Shown: positions 14,871 to 27,920, counted from the first letter of the stretch. The stretch: 64,000 nucleotides of DNA from Eledone cirrhosa (GCA_964016885.1 OZ024762.1:4340001-4404000), one strand, 5' to 3'. A program made the numbers and translations. Notes: a model not told the origin generated them from the sequence alone.

Positions 14871-15001
14871 CTAGCAGAATGGCCCGGCGTTGCTAGGGTT
14901 CTTATATATTTGATATATTTTTATCCTTATCGAGCCTCGTGAAATAAAAACGTTTGTTTATATTTTGTTATTGTGTATGCAAAAATATCTGTACACGAAT
15001 A

Positions 15002-15079
<78 letters not shown>

Positions 15080-15215
15080 TAACAGATTAAAGTTAAAGCA
15101 AAGAATCGCTGCTTTCACCCTTAACGGGATTTTCTGAAACTAAAAAAATCAATCTGTGAACGCAGAAGTAAATATTTCGAAAAACGTTACACACTATATA
15201 TATATATACACACAC

Positions 15216-15279
<64 letters not shown>

Positions 15280-15435
15280 GCGTCATAATGTCGTAATGCA
15301 GACAGTCAAACATACAGACAGATATTATAAGGGCGGCGCAACGTTATATCTATGTATCTATCTAAAAAGAAAGACTAAGAATTATAGAGAGAGATCGCTA
15401 AATCGCCTAATGCGGCCCCTAGGGCATTGAACATT

Positions 15436-15437
<2 letters not shown>
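14871..15437 (-). mobile_element. Non-autonomous Helitron, partial copy
   Basis: Starts CTAG-cagaatgg-cccggcgttgctaggg (reverse of hairpin+CTAG 3' end); body shared with 34995-35809 and 55870-56010. Confidence 0.75.
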
Positions 15438-15485
<48 letters not shown>

Positions 15486-15720
15486 CTGAGTTTTTCGAAT
15501 ATTAATAATTACATCCGATTCGTTTGCAATTATGCAAAAAAGCCTCAATTTTATAGCCATGTGAGTAGAATGAACCCTTCATTCTTGCTCTTGTGTTGGC
15601 ATGTAAACAGAACTGCAGACACTAATGTTTCTGGGTATCACCCTTCATCAGTACAGCTCACTGTTCACCTGCCAAACTGTCAGAGCTAGGGAAAATATAT
15701 GCTATTTTCAAAAATACTCA

Positions 15721-15904
15721 GTGACTGATCGACCTGATTTACATATTAGCAGACTGGCTTTTTATTTGAATTTGGCAAAGCCGGCCATTTATCGCTCGTA
15801 TACAGGACACTGACTGGCCAGTCTGGCTGATCGGTGGATCTGTTAATATGCAGACCTGATTGATCAGCCAGTCTGCTAATATGCAAATCAGGTCGATCAG
15901 TCAC
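15721..15904. mobile_element. MITE-like element with 39-bp terminal inverted repeats
   Basis: gtgactgatcgacctgatttacatattagcagactggct / agccagtctgctaatatgcaaatcaggtcgatcagtcac (1 mismatch). Confidence 0.75.
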
Positions 15905-15940
15905 AATTCTAACCGTCCCTCTTACTGTTATAATATAATA

Positions 15941-16278
15941 TAATTGTTTCTACTTTTTGGCACAAGGCCAGCAATTATCCCAGTATATTACTGGTACTTT
16001 ATTTTATCGACCCCGTAAGGATGAAAGGCAAAGTTAACCTCGGCGGGATTTGAACTCAGATCGTAAAGGGACGTAACTATGATGGAAAGCATGGCGTCCG
16101 ACCCTCTACCAATACTGCCAATCCACCGCCCTGGTTCTATGAAATAATTGTTTCTACTTTTGGCACAAGGCCAGCAATTATCCCAGTACATTACTGGTAC
16201 TTTATTTTATCGACCCCGTAAGGATGAAAGGCAAAGTTAACCTCGGCGGGATTTGAACTCAGATCGTAAAGGGACGTG
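15941..16278 (-). mobile_element. Tandem tRNA-derived SINE (full copy plus truncated duplicate)
   Basis: aattgtttctactt...ggcacaaggccagcaatt...atcgaccccgtaaggatgaaaggcaaagttaacctcggcgggatttgaactcag occurs twice. Confidence 0.9.
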
Positions 16279-16655
16279 TACCATGATAAATGTAATGCAA
16301 TATATGTTGTCATAATTGTTCCATACTGTTTATGGATGACAGGCCAATCAGCCAATGAGCTGTGATATTTGTCTGACCATTAAAACTATTCAGATTCACA
16401 GAAGAGGCCAGACATGTAATGTTTATCCATGAATTAGTGGACTGCATTAATCCTACTGAGTTGCTTTTAATATCAACTTGAAAGTGTCCAACATTATTGG
16501 CTTGTTGATAAGAAGATGTTTTTATCATTAGTTTTATTATCTTTAGATGTTATTCTAATACAACATTACTGGATGATTATGGGTGATTCGTATGTGAATG
16601 TATGTATATGCGTGTGTGTATGCATGCATATATACATACACACATATATACATAC

Positions 16656-16688
<33 letters not shown>

Positions 16689-16877
16689 GGTGTATTTATA
16701 TATGTATATATGTGTAAATATATACATATATATATATATATATATACATGCTTATATATATATACATATATATACATACATATATGTATATATATATACA
16801 TACATATATAAATATACATATATATATATATATATATGCATACACACATATCTATATACATTCCCATAAACATACAC

Positions 16878-16916
<39 letters not shown>

Positions 16917-16917
<1 letters not shown>

Positions 16918-17048
16918 CGTTTCTGAATTTGTTTAGCAACCAACCAGAAATTTATAAATTCCTAAATTTATAAATTTATTATAATAAATTGAAGTGAAAG
17001 CAACTGGTGCGTGTGTTTCTTATTGGCAACATGACCCTCCCAAAGTAT

Positions 17049-17056
<8 letters not shown>
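16917..17056. mobile_element. Truncated fold-back insert, same family as 53933-54497
   Basis: Tail end cgtttctgaatttgtttagcaa joined to opposite-orientation arm ending catgaccctcccaaagtataacaatat; inside (TA)n. Confidence 0.8.
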
Positions 17057-17117
<61 letters not shown>

Positions 17118-17692
17118 ATATATATAATGTTTTGTTGTAACTAGTTTTTATTTCTTATGTTTGATAATACCATTCATTATTTTCAAATGCTTCAATACGC
17201 TTGGTTGATATAAAATAATGTATTTCTGTGAGAGGGCGTTGTGTGTCTGATTGCTATATTAAATATTGTCATGTATTAGACGCGGTATTGTCGTAAGAGT
17301 TAATCTATCAACACATTTGAATACATCGTAATTAGCATTTGTTTTACCGTATTAATTTCATTGTCACATGTTGCCTTTGTCGCGGAGAATGAAGAGATCC
17401 TAAAAGCTTTTTATAATCCCTTGTTTTTTATAATAAAGAACTTCGTCGTCATCATCATCATCATCATCGTCGTCGTCGTCGTCGTCGTCGTCGTCAACGC
17501 GACCACTGTCGATCAATTCTGATAAAGACTCTTTCCACAATTCATGATTTTTCATCTTTGCCCCTGGATGGTACCCCCTACTGAGATTGGTATCATTTGT
17601 TCCAGCAGGTCTTCCCCTACAGCGTCTCTCCCGTCAGTTGGTTCGCACAATAGTAACATACATACATATACACTAATATACACTTACATACA

Positions 17693-17756
<64 letters not shown>

Positions 17757-18428
17757 TGCATGCATGATGGCTGCAACTCGATTTCGAGTAATGTCATCAC
17801 TTGTTACTAATAAAAACACAGCGACAACAACAGCAACAACAGCTACAAAAACAATAGCAACAATAACAATAGCCACGGCAGCTGCTCCTAAAATGTTATT
17901 GTAGGCAATAAAACATTTTCAATTTTTATCGCTGAAACATGGCAGTTGTTATTATTCACAAGGACCTCCTAAGTGGCAAAGGTGACGGGGGAAGATTCAA
18001 CTCTAATGAATCTGTCAGCTAATCAACCTAGAATGCTACTTTATTTATCCTGGAAAAATGACAAAAAATAAAATAATAAAATAGGCAAAAGGCGATTTCG
18101 GGTGGGATTTAAACTGAACAAATAATACAGGTCATCTTATCTGACACTCTAACGCATCTGCCAGGCAACCAGCTCGGGGTGGAGTGGGTGGTGGTGGAGT
18201 GGGTGGTGGTGGAGTGGGTGGTGGTGGTGTGGGTGGTGGTGGTAGTGGTGGTGGTGGTGGTGGTGTGGAGGGGGGAGGGGATTTAGTAATCCTGGAAGAA
18301 TGAGAAGAAAAAAAAGGGAAGGATTTGAAGTTGGAACATAAACCCAGGGAACCAATACCGCAAGCATCATATCTGACTATCTCACGAATATGTAAGTCAA
18401 TGAAACTGGAATGTTATTTATTTATTGA

Positions 18429-18792
18429 CTAGCTGGCCCCGTGCCGTCAAAAACGGTGGCTAATTGCAATATCTCTACATAATATAAAAAAGAGATGTTT
18501 GTTGGCTGGTTGATTCCTTCGCGCTCACTCATAAAAGTAATACAAACATACAAACATACAGCTGTGACGAATCTTAGAACGCTAGACCTCTATAGTTTTT
18601 CACCCCACTTTCTCAGTCAGCGGATATATGTGTGTATTAGAGACCCCTTCCTTCCTCAGTCAACGTAATAACCCCTTCCTTCCTCAGTCAACATAATCAC
18701 CCCTTCCTTCCTCAGTCAACATAATCACCCCTTTCTTCCTCACTCATCTCTAGTCTGTGACAGACAAACACACAAAGCTATTATATACTAGA
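18429..18792 (-). mobile_element. Non-autonomous Helitron-like element
   Basis: Begins CTAG-ctggcccc-gtgccgtcaaaaacggtg; ends gacagacaaacacacaaagctattatatactaga; internal ccccttccttcctcagtc repeats shared with 39855-40030. Confidence 0.6.
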
Positions 18793-19233
18793 CCTGAAAA
18801 ATGCGCAAGCTCAAAAGAGCCACAGAATGTTATAATAAACCTTCAAAAGTGGGAGACTAAAGTTGTTGCTCAAAAATATTGTAATCATTATCTATCGTAC
18901 ACTCTGTGGCATCCTTTTATAAAAAAGCGACTCATAACGAACTCAAGACGACACGATAATTATTTAAGCTAATGTTCAATATCTCATATTAGATGTTTAG
19001 TAATGATTAATACGAAATGCACTTAAACCGAATTCTATATTATAAATTCACTTAAATAATTATCGTGTCATCTTGAGTTCGTTATGAGTCTCTTTTTTAT
19101 AAAAAGGATGCCACAGAGTGTACGATAGATAATAATTACAATATTTTTGAGCAACAACTCTAGTCCCACACCTTTGAAGGTTTATTATAACATTCTGTGG
19201 CTCTTTTGAGCTTGCGCATTTTTCAGGTCTAGT
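18787..19233. mobile_element. Fold-back element, ~182-bp inverted arms with ~82-bp spacer
   Basis: actagacctgaaaaatgcgcaagctc...tatttaag / cttaaata...gagcttgcgcatttttcaggtctagt with few mismatches. Confidence 0.85.
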
Positions 19234-19291
19234 TTAATATTTTTTTAAGGGAACGCTTGTAATAACTCTAGTTAAACATGATATATATTAA

Positions 19292-19390
19292 TAATTGTTT
19301 CTACTTTAGGCACAAGGCCAGCAATTATCCCAGTGCATTACTGGTACTTTTATTTTATCGACCCCGTAAGGATGAAAGGAAAAGTTAAAT
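19292..19390 (-). mobile_element. SINE 3' half
   Basis: Matches 3' half of the main SINE family. Confidence 0.85.
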
Positions 19391-19524
19391 ACTAATAATA
19401 AATTATCGTTGTAATGTTTGGTAAAAAAACTAGGTCACTCATCATTAGGAACGACGGAGATCCAACAATAACAAAGTAAATATGGCCTCAACCGGTCTCA
19501 CTAACGAAGATTTATATATATACA

Positions 19525-19560
<36 letters not shown>

Positions 19561-19563
<3 letters not shown>

Positions 19564-19740
19564 ATAAAGAAATGGCTTCTACAGGACTAGAACTGTTTGA
19601 TTCGGGAGAAATCATTAAGAAGCCCTGGTTATTTCTCCTGAATTAAACAGTTCTAGTCCTGTAGAAGCCATTTCTATATAATTGTTATAACAGTCTGACA
19701 CGCGGACTTAAAACATTCTGGTGTTAGTCACTGCGTCTCT
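19561..19740 (+). mobile_element. (TA)n-adjacent fold-back insert with tail
   Basis: Arms agaaatggcttctacaggactagaactgttt...aaacagttctagtcctgtagaagccatttct (19568-19675), then unique tail. Confidence 0.7.
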
Positions 19741-19959
19741 AACAGACCGAGAGATTCTGGAAAACTGAAAAAATATTTTAAAAAGAGCAAAAGGCGATTT
19801 TGGGCAGGATTTGAACTCCGAGCAGAGGAAATAAATGTCGGAGATACATGTCGTGTGTGATGTTCTAACGACACCACCATTTCACCTCCAATTATCTGGC
19901 GGCGTGCAGCATTAAGTGCTTTTGGACAGCATCTAATGGCGTATGTATTGTAATGAGGT

Positions 19960-20030
19960 GTGAGCTCTAATGAGATCGATTTAATGAGGTCGATACTAAA
20001 GAATAATGGATACAAACTGAAAATAAACGG
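19960..20030 (+). pseudogene. Possible Penelope-like RT C-terminal relic
   Basis: [16 protein letters not shown] resembles the ExxxIxxILxxNGY motif after PLE reverse transcriptases; very short. Confidence 0.35.
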
Positions 20031-20125
20031 ATCGAACAAAGATGAAAAAAAAACTTCGTTGCAGCAAATGACATTTCAGGAAATATTGAACGGTCTTTTG
20101 GGTATGTATATATATATATATATGC

Positions 20126-20196
<71 letters not shown>

Positions 20197-20228
20197 GGTG
20201 TGTGTGTGTGTGGGGGTGTGTATATATA

Positions 20229-20259
<31 letters not shown>

Positions 20260-20384
20260 ATGTATGTGTGTGTGCATGTGTGTGTCTGTATATATATATA
20301 TATATATATATATGTGGGTGTGTGTATATATATGTGTGTGGGTGTGTGTGTGTATATATATGTGTGTGTGTGCATGTGTGTGTC

Positions 20385-20476
<92 letters not shown>

Positions 20477-20498
20477 TCAGATTTATACCAGTTTTAAA

Positions 20499-20722
20499 TT
20501 AGTAAGACCATAATTCAGCAGCAGAGTACTCGATACTTGGGATAGTAGAGTGTAAATATAGTAGAGGGTCAAGGCCCGGCAGCTGAGTTCCTGCGTTTCC
20601 GGCAAGTTGGTCAACAATTAGATGACTTAATTTATCACCCCTCGCAATAAATGGCCGTCTTTTCCCCGTGGGCCAAAGAATTGGCAAGATCTCAGCCGTA
20701 GGGCCCTGGCCCTCTACTATAT
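20499..20722 (-). mobile_element. Fold-back insert distantly related to family B
   Basis: Tail cagagtactcgatacttgggatagtagagtg matches family B tail; inverted ends tatagtagagggtcaaggccc / gggccctggccctctactata; (TA)n flank. Confidence 0.65.
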
Positions 20723-20878
20723 ATATATATATATATATATATATTGAAAAGGATTGGAGTGATGAGTGTATATGAATTTTTATAAAATTGTAGGAATCTC
20801 AACACAGAAGAAGCTGTAAACAGCCGGTTGTTATGTCACATTTTAAAGGCAAACGAGGCCCCTGTATATGTGTACACA

Positions 20879-20933
<55 letters not shown>

Positions 20934-21559
20934 GTGAGTGTGTCGTTACATGATTCCATGGTAAAGTGACAATACTTATAAGCCAACAGTTAGATGAATG
21001 AACTTAGCAGGTCACCTCACTCCGCCAAAATATATTAAAATAAATAATACCACTCTGGGCCCCCTCTTCCACCGAGGGCTTAAGATATCCCCGGATTGAT
21101 GTCAGTTTGTCCCCCTCCCCCTTCCAACCCGTCACCACACAAATAAACACCTGTATCTGTCGTGGATTTGAAACTTAGAACCCAATTAAAGACTTAAAAC
21201 AATTTATGACAAGTTAAACTATTCGCGGGTAATTCGTTTAGCGACCATGCCATTTATATTGAGATATTAGCGCGGTTTTATGGCAGTCGGTAAAGAAGTG
21301 GTGTAAGGTTTCTATTGAAGTGGTCACTTAAAAACAAAATTATCTTCCTTTACCAGTGTACAGGGCTAATAAATCATCATAAAACACGTCACTTATACTC
21401 CCTCCCCCCGTCTCTCTCTCGTATAAACCTACATACACAGACACACATTCATACATACATACATACGAAATGTAAACGGAAACAACAACAAAAGGAACAA
21501 TACAGTGCAAGGAAGAAACACATACGCATGTAATACGTATGTGCATTATATATATATAT

Positions 21560-21750
21560 AGGCGGTGAAATGGCAGTATCGGTAGAGGGTCGGACGCCAT
21601 GCTTTCCAGCATAGTTACGTCCCTTTACAGTCTGAGTTCAAATCCTGCCGAGGTTAACTTTGCCTTTCATCCTTACGGGGTCGATAAAATAAAGTACCAG
21701 TAATACACTGGGATAATTGCTGGCCTTGTGCCAAAAGTAGAAACAATTAT
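21560..21750 (+). mobile_element. Full-length tRNA-derived SINE (Nin/Deu-like core)
   Basis: A-box-like tggcagtatcgg, B-box gagttcaaatcc, core gcctttcatccttacggggtcgataaaataaagtacc, tail gtagaaacaattat. Confidence 0.92.
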
Positions 21751-21808
21751 ATATACATATATATATATATGTACATATATATATATGTGTGTACATATAT
21801 ATATGCCA

Positions 21809-21848
<40 letters not shown>

Positions 21849-22374
21849 GTGTGGTGGCGTGTATATGTGTATGTGTAGTTGTTCCTCATAAATCACCAAT
21901 GACACACACACGACACGCGATACACACATTCCAGGCAGTAATTTCAGAGCTCTTCGCAGCAATGTTGCTTCCAGAAATCATTCCAACAGAACTTATAAAT
22001 CAGTAAGAGAGGGTGAAGTGACATATAAAAAAAGAGAAATATTGGAAGCAGTAAAGTAATGAGGAGCAGAGATTAGTAAAGATGTAAAAACATAAAACTG
22101 TGGTGGTAGCGGAGAAGAAAGCGGAAGCTACTTACAAAAAGAAGAGAGGAGACTGTGATGAGTACTAGGAAGAAATATTTAAAACGATACATCTGTTTGG
22201 GTGAAAAATAGCCATAGTGATATAAGCTGACTCTCTCTTATATATATATATATATATATATATATGCGTGTGCGTGTGTGTGTATAAAAAAAGTAATAAC
22301 AAAAATAACAAAACAAACGGTACAATACATGGAAGAAATATATTAGTTTAACATTTGAAATAGCAGGAAGAGAG

Positions 22375-22410
22375 TCTTAACGTTTCGGACGCTAGTCCTT
22401 CTTCAGAAGA
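22375..22410 (-). ncRNA. Minimal type I hammerhead ribozyme (family D, best copy)
   Basis: Minus strand: tctt-CTGAAGA-a-ggac tagc gtcc-GAAA-cg-TT-aaga; stems I and II perfectly paired. Confidence 0.75.
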
Positions 22411-22808
22411 GAGAGTGAGAAATAGAGGATAAATAGAAAGTAAAGAGTGATGAGAGGAAGGAAAGGGGGTCTGAGAAAAAAAATTGTGATAGGTATGAAA
22501 TGCAAACCCCTGACGAGGAGGGTTCACTCACCTTCGAAGAGTGGTAGGGCCTGGAGTACGGTGACAACAGTGGAGGTGCGTGAGGGAGTGAAAGAGGCGG
22601 TGGCGAGGGTGACTGTCGGGGGTTAGGCAGGGCGTGTGCAGGCTCACTGGTGGGGAAATGATAGAGGTTGGGCAAGGAGAGAGGGGGTCGTAGGTGACGG
22701 GATAGTAGGGTTAGGGATGGAGGTGAAGTGAATAGGTGTGGTGGCGGCAGGCAGGGAACGGAGTGAGTCGACATACACATCTACATACATAGACATATAT
22801 ATATATAA

Positions 22809-22881
<73 letters not shown>

Positions 22882-22882
22882 A

Positions 22883-22943
<61 letters not shown>

Positions 22944-22946
22944 AAT

Positions 22947-22985
<39 letters not shown>

Positions 22986-23724
22986 CACACTCACACAACA
23001 TACGTATGACGTCATAAACTTGGTGTATTCAATGACGTCATATGAAATCTATAGAATGACGTCATAAACATTATTTTATGTTATTAATAATGTATGCTGT
23101 ATTGCTGATCTACTTACAGAACAGCTCCACTCTTCCCTCCATCCTAGCTCTCTCTCTCTCTCACACACTCTCTCTCTCTCTCAGACACTCTCACTCTCTC
23201 TTACATACACTCACTCACACACACACACTCTCTCACTCTCTCACACACACTCTTTCTCTCTCACACACACACTCTTTCTCTCTCACACACACACACACTC
23301 TTTCTCTCACACACACTCACTATCTCACACACACACACACTATCTCACACTATCTCACACACACACACACTCACTCACTCTCTCTCACACACACACACTC
23401 TCTCGTCACCCAACATTCACTCTCTCCATTCTGTCCTACAGACTGCCTGTCTCCACCACTGTCACTTGCTAGATATAGAACTACAATTCCCTCAAATCAT
23501 ATTTTTCTGTCTTAAACGTAAAAATAATATTAAAATAATTAAAATAAATTTAGATTGAGAAGAAAGAATGGAATGTAAAATAAGAAAATATAAAAAAGGA
23601 AACGGAAAAGGAAGGGAAAGGCAAGGGTTCTAGTGGGAATGGGGGGTGGGGGTTCTAGTGGGAATGGGGGGTGGGTGGTTCTAGTGGGAATGGGGGTGGG
23701 GGTGGGGTGGGTGGGGTGAGGGTG

Positions 23725-23915
23725 ACTGAGCTCTGGGCCTAGGGCGCGGCGGTAATGAAGCTGTGCCCTGCGGACAGGTCTGCAAGGCATTCCCGCATTC
23801 AATGGCGAGCAGCACCCAATGCAACAGCCACCCCACCTCTCGGGGCTCCTTCCTCAGACGGGCCGCTCACGTTCTTGCGTAGGATGAGAGGCCGCTGACG
23901 TTCTTGCGTAGGATG
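23725..23915 (-). mobile_element. CRE-like (RLE clade) retrotransposon 3' relic
   Basis: Minus-strand translation EPREVGWLLHWVLLAIECGNA resembles the EPRE..L.QR.S.AIQRGNA C-terminus; homologous DNA at 36190-36335. Confidence 0.55.
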
Positions 23916-23924
23916 GAGGGCGGC

Positions 23925-24092
23925 GGCGGCATGGCTTTGTGCGTAAAATATTTGGTACCCAACCACGTGGTTTAAAGTTCGGTCCCTCTGCGTAGCATCA
24001 CCGGCAAATATCATCTACCATACAGCCTTTGTCTGATCAATGTCTTTTGAGTAAATTATGGTATGTGGAAACTACGCGGAAGACTGTCGTGT
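23925..24092 (+). mobile_element. Diverged second-family tRNA SINE
   Basis: gcatggctttgtgcgtaaaa...aaagttcggtccc...ggaaactacgcggaagactgtcgtg; similar tail at ~55395. Confidence 0.55.
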
Positions 24093-25022
24093 AAATATAC
24101 ATATATATAGAAGTTAGGGACCCGACTCCATTATCGATCTGCTCTTTAGACTGGTGATGCGACAAAAAATTGCTGTATATATATATATATAAGTATCAGC
24201 CCGTATGTGTGTGTGTATGTGTATGTGTGTGTGTGTTGGCATGTTTGCGTGCGTGAGTGTTGATATGTGAATTGGACATTCAAAGTCTAGTTTTTGTGTA
24301 AACAGGAAGCTGAATGGGGGGGGGGGGCATTGGCGTGGAGGTGGTGGAGTGTCACACACACATATATATATATATATGTGTGTGTGTATGTGTGAGTGTC
24401 TTTACTCATTAAAAACAACAACAGGATGCCGAACTGGAAACTTTATAATTTTAATTCCGCGAAAACACTCTACATATTTCGATGGCTCCGTTTCGACGGC
24501 TATTTCTGGACTCGTGTATATATATATATGTTATTTTATACATGTTTATTTATATACATGTTTATTTATATGTTAATCAATCTCTAGTTATTATAAAATG
24601 CTCGGACCTACTCGTTAGAATCTTAGAGCTTATTTTGCGGGTGATATGGCGCATGTCTTTCTGGCATGACACCCATAATTTTGATTTAGATTAAATTCAT
24701 TTGATTTATCTTAATTTTTGATATATATATATATAACAACACCACCAGCTCTCTTCCATTCGCCTTCTCTGTCTCCTCTCCCCATGTTTCTTTTTCAATC
24801 TACTCTCTCACAGCCACTATCTCTTTCTCTATATCCTTCTCTCTTTCTGTTCATGCATACACACACACACACATATATATATATATACAAACATACACAT
24901 TTATATATATACATACACACATATATATATATATATATATATACAAACATACACATTTATATATATACATACACACATATATATATATATATATACAAAC
25001 ATACACATTTATATATATACAT

Positions 25023-25055
<33 letters not shown>

Positions 25056-25078
25056 CATACACATTTATATATATACAT

Positions 25079-25109
<31 letters not shown>

Positions 25110-25320
25110 CATACACACTTTCATATATATATATATATATATACATACACACTTTCATATATATATATATATATATACATACACACTTTCATATATATAT
25201 ATATATATACATACACACTTTCATATATATATATATATATATACATACACACTTTCATATATATATATATATATATACATACACACTTTCATATATATAT
25301 ATATATATATACATACACAC

Positions 25321-25365
<45 letters not shown>

Positions 25366-25368
<3 letters not shown>

Positions 25369-25829
25369 GCTAAAGTACCCGTCCTTTGGACGGTTCAAGT
25401 AGCTTTCGAAGTAGCTCATTAAACTAAACAAAGTAAATTTGAATACATAGAAGAAAAACGTACTTTATGTAAACATGAAAACCTTAGGCACTATTCCAGT
25501 GAAATAATTAATATGTGAGCTCGGTGTCATCCATTATACCATGTAACAACAGAAATCCAGTCTAGGCATACATTTTTTTGACAACAGTAAAAGCGCATCA
25601 TGAAATAGAGAAGTGAAGTGAATAATAGACACTATTGTGTACATAGGTTGGAATAACAGGGGAACTGGTGGATGAGCAAATCGTTTAAAAAGAGGTGGAT
25701 GTTGGGTGGGAACACTCATTGTCTTTTGGATTATTGAAGAGCAGATTTATACACAACATTTTTGGTTTTCCCATCAGGGGCATAAATAAACAGGTTGTCA
25801 GGATTACCAACTCCGGAACAGCCAACGTC
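25366..25829 (-). mobile_element. Helitron 3' end including last codons of the Pif1-type helicase
   Basis: Minus strand encodes VGCSGVGNPDNLFIYAPDGKTKNVVYKSALQ* (25737-25828); terminus ccgtcc-aaa-ggacgg hairpin followed by gtactttagCTAG|t. Confidence 0.85.
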
Positions 25830-25844
25830 ATCAAAAATGAGTTC

Positions 25845-26060
25845 CTATTGTATTGACGAAAGATAACTCTTGTCTTACTTAATCACGAAAAATTGACACA
25901 AATAACCGAAACAATTTTTAATGTCTCCAAAGGCCCCAATATCGATTTTTGAAAGCCTTTGTAGATCATGTACAAGTTTTGTGCAAGGAGAAGCTCTGTA
26001 AAAAATTTCAAAGAAATCGCATGAATGGTTTAGAATATATGAGCCCTCATTAAAAATTGT
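25845..26060 (+). pseudogene. Possible decayed GIY-YIG endonuclease C-terminus (PLE)
   Basis: Frameshifted peptides FVDHVQVLCKE / KKSHEWFRIYEPSLK resemble the PLE endonuclease end (..E..WI....PSLN). Confidence 0.3.
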
Positions 26061-26422
26061 CCACACACATATACACACACACACACAGAAAACTTCATCT
26101 TTATATATATACAGATATACAAACACACACATTTATATATATACATACACACACGTATATATATGCATGTTTGTGTATATTTTAATTATTTAAAGATTAT
26201 TTTTAAGTGAACATGATTTTTTAAAAATATTTTGAAGTGAACATGACCGAACAGGTCAAGGGTAGTATAGTATATATGATAATTGAAGGTTAAGGCAAAA
26301 TGTATGTATATATTATACCGGTTTCTAAATTGTATATATAGGTGTAATGACGTGAGAAGATCTGAAATAAAGTGAATGGAATTACATAAAGATGTTGAAA
26401 GATGAATTCTTAACCCCCGCCC

Positions 26423-26460
<38 letters not shown>

Positions 26461-26464
<4 letters not shown>

Positions 26465-26733
26465 AAATGTGGTTTGCTTGAAGCATTGTTTATAACATAT
26501 AATGTGGGAAGTGATATAAGACTAAACAATGCAAAATGGAAGGTAAGATGAAGATAACGAAAAAGTAAGTTACCTGGTAATCTTAGTTTTGTTTTTCGTT
26601 GTTGTTGACGGAAGAAACAACAACAAACACAAAAACAACAAAACAAAACTAAGATTACCAGGTAACTTACTTTTTCCTTACCTTCATCTTACCTTCCATT
26701 TTGCATTGTTTAGTCTTATATCAATCCCCACAT

Positions 26734-26738
<5 letters not shown>
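26461..26738 (-). mobile_element. Fold-back insert in (TA)n, ~95-bp arms plus 36-bp tail
   Basis: ataatgtggg...gttacctggtaatcttagttttg / caaaactaagattaccaggtaac...cccacattat; (TA)n on both sides. Confidence 0.8.
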
Positions 26739-26768
<30 letters not shown>

Positions 26769-26771
26769 ATA

Positions 26772-26892
26772 CAATTGTTTCTACTTTTGGCACAAGGCCA
26801 GCAATTAGCCCAGTGCATCACTGGTACTTTATTTTATCGACCCCGTAAGGATGAAAGGCAAAGTTAACCTCAGTGGGATTTGAACTCAGATC
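26772..26892 (-). mobile_element. SINE, 5'-truncated
   Basis: Main SINE family core and tail. Confidence 0.88.
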
Positions 26893-27531
26893 TATGTATA
26901 TATCATGATTGGGAGTTACGAGATTAGACTAGTAAGAACAGCTGAGTACGCCAAAGTTGAGAAAATACAGTATAGTGAGCTCACTATACTGAGCTCACTA
27001 TATACGGCTGAGCTCATGCCTCGGGCACTAACTTTTAACTATGTGTGTGCGTGTAGGAGAGAGAAAGTAAGCAAGTAATCGACAAAGACAGACAGACAGA
27101 CAGAGAAATAGGGTGACGTGTAGACAGGAAGATTTGGTTTAGTTCCAAAATGTGTCTTTTGGTGTGATTTACACTGGTTATTAGTATTTTGCTATCATCT
27201 GGCTCTAGAATTGTGTTAGCGTGATTCCAGTTTACACAACTAAAGCTTAATTGGCATCGATTCAACGGGAGCAAATGGCTTTGTATTTTGTATTAAGCGA
27301 CTGTTAGTATCTTTGTAATAAAGTCGAGTGGTAAATGTCAACTCGCTCTGTGACAGGACTCGCGCGTCTTTTTATGCAATGGCCGTAGCTTCTAATCCGT
27401 TAAATTGTTGCATAAATAAATGAATGAATTGTTGAATGTAGGAATGTAGGAATGCGGAAGGAAAACGAAACAGCCATAGTAATGAATAGTGAATAATTCA
27501 GTTCAGTTAGTCTAAAGCTTTAAGTCTGTTC

Positions 27532-27581
<50 letters not shown>

Positions 27582-27688
27582 CATATATATATATACACAT
27601 ACATATATATATATATACACATACATATACATACACACACATACACACACACTCACACACACACATATATATATATATTATATATATA

Positions 27689-27845
27689 ATTGTTTCTACT
27701 TTTGGCACAAGGCTAGCAATTACCTCAGTACATTACTGGTACTTTATTTTATCGACCCCGCAAGGATGAAAGGCGAGATTTGAACTCAGATCACAAAGGG
27801 TCGTAACTCTATGCTGCAAAGCATGGCGTCCGACTCTCTACTGTA
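27689..27845 (-). mobile_element. SINE with internal deletion
   Basis: Main SINE family. Confidence 0.85.
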
Positions 27846-27920
27846 GTTCTTTCCACAAAATGGCCGACTGACTACAAAAGTTTTCCATTTCTCCCTCTCT
27901 ATCTTTTATTTTTCATTCGA

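Noticed and set aside
23748-23820. Twister ribozyme-like motif (UAAUGAAGC...UUCA)
   Set aside because: P1 and P4 pair poorly, and the segment is better explained as the antisense of a CRE-like coding relic whose second copy lacks the motif.
26982-27005. Short palindrome cagtatagtgagctcactatactg with partial repeat
   Set aside because: Too short to classify; possibly a fragment of a fold-back insert.
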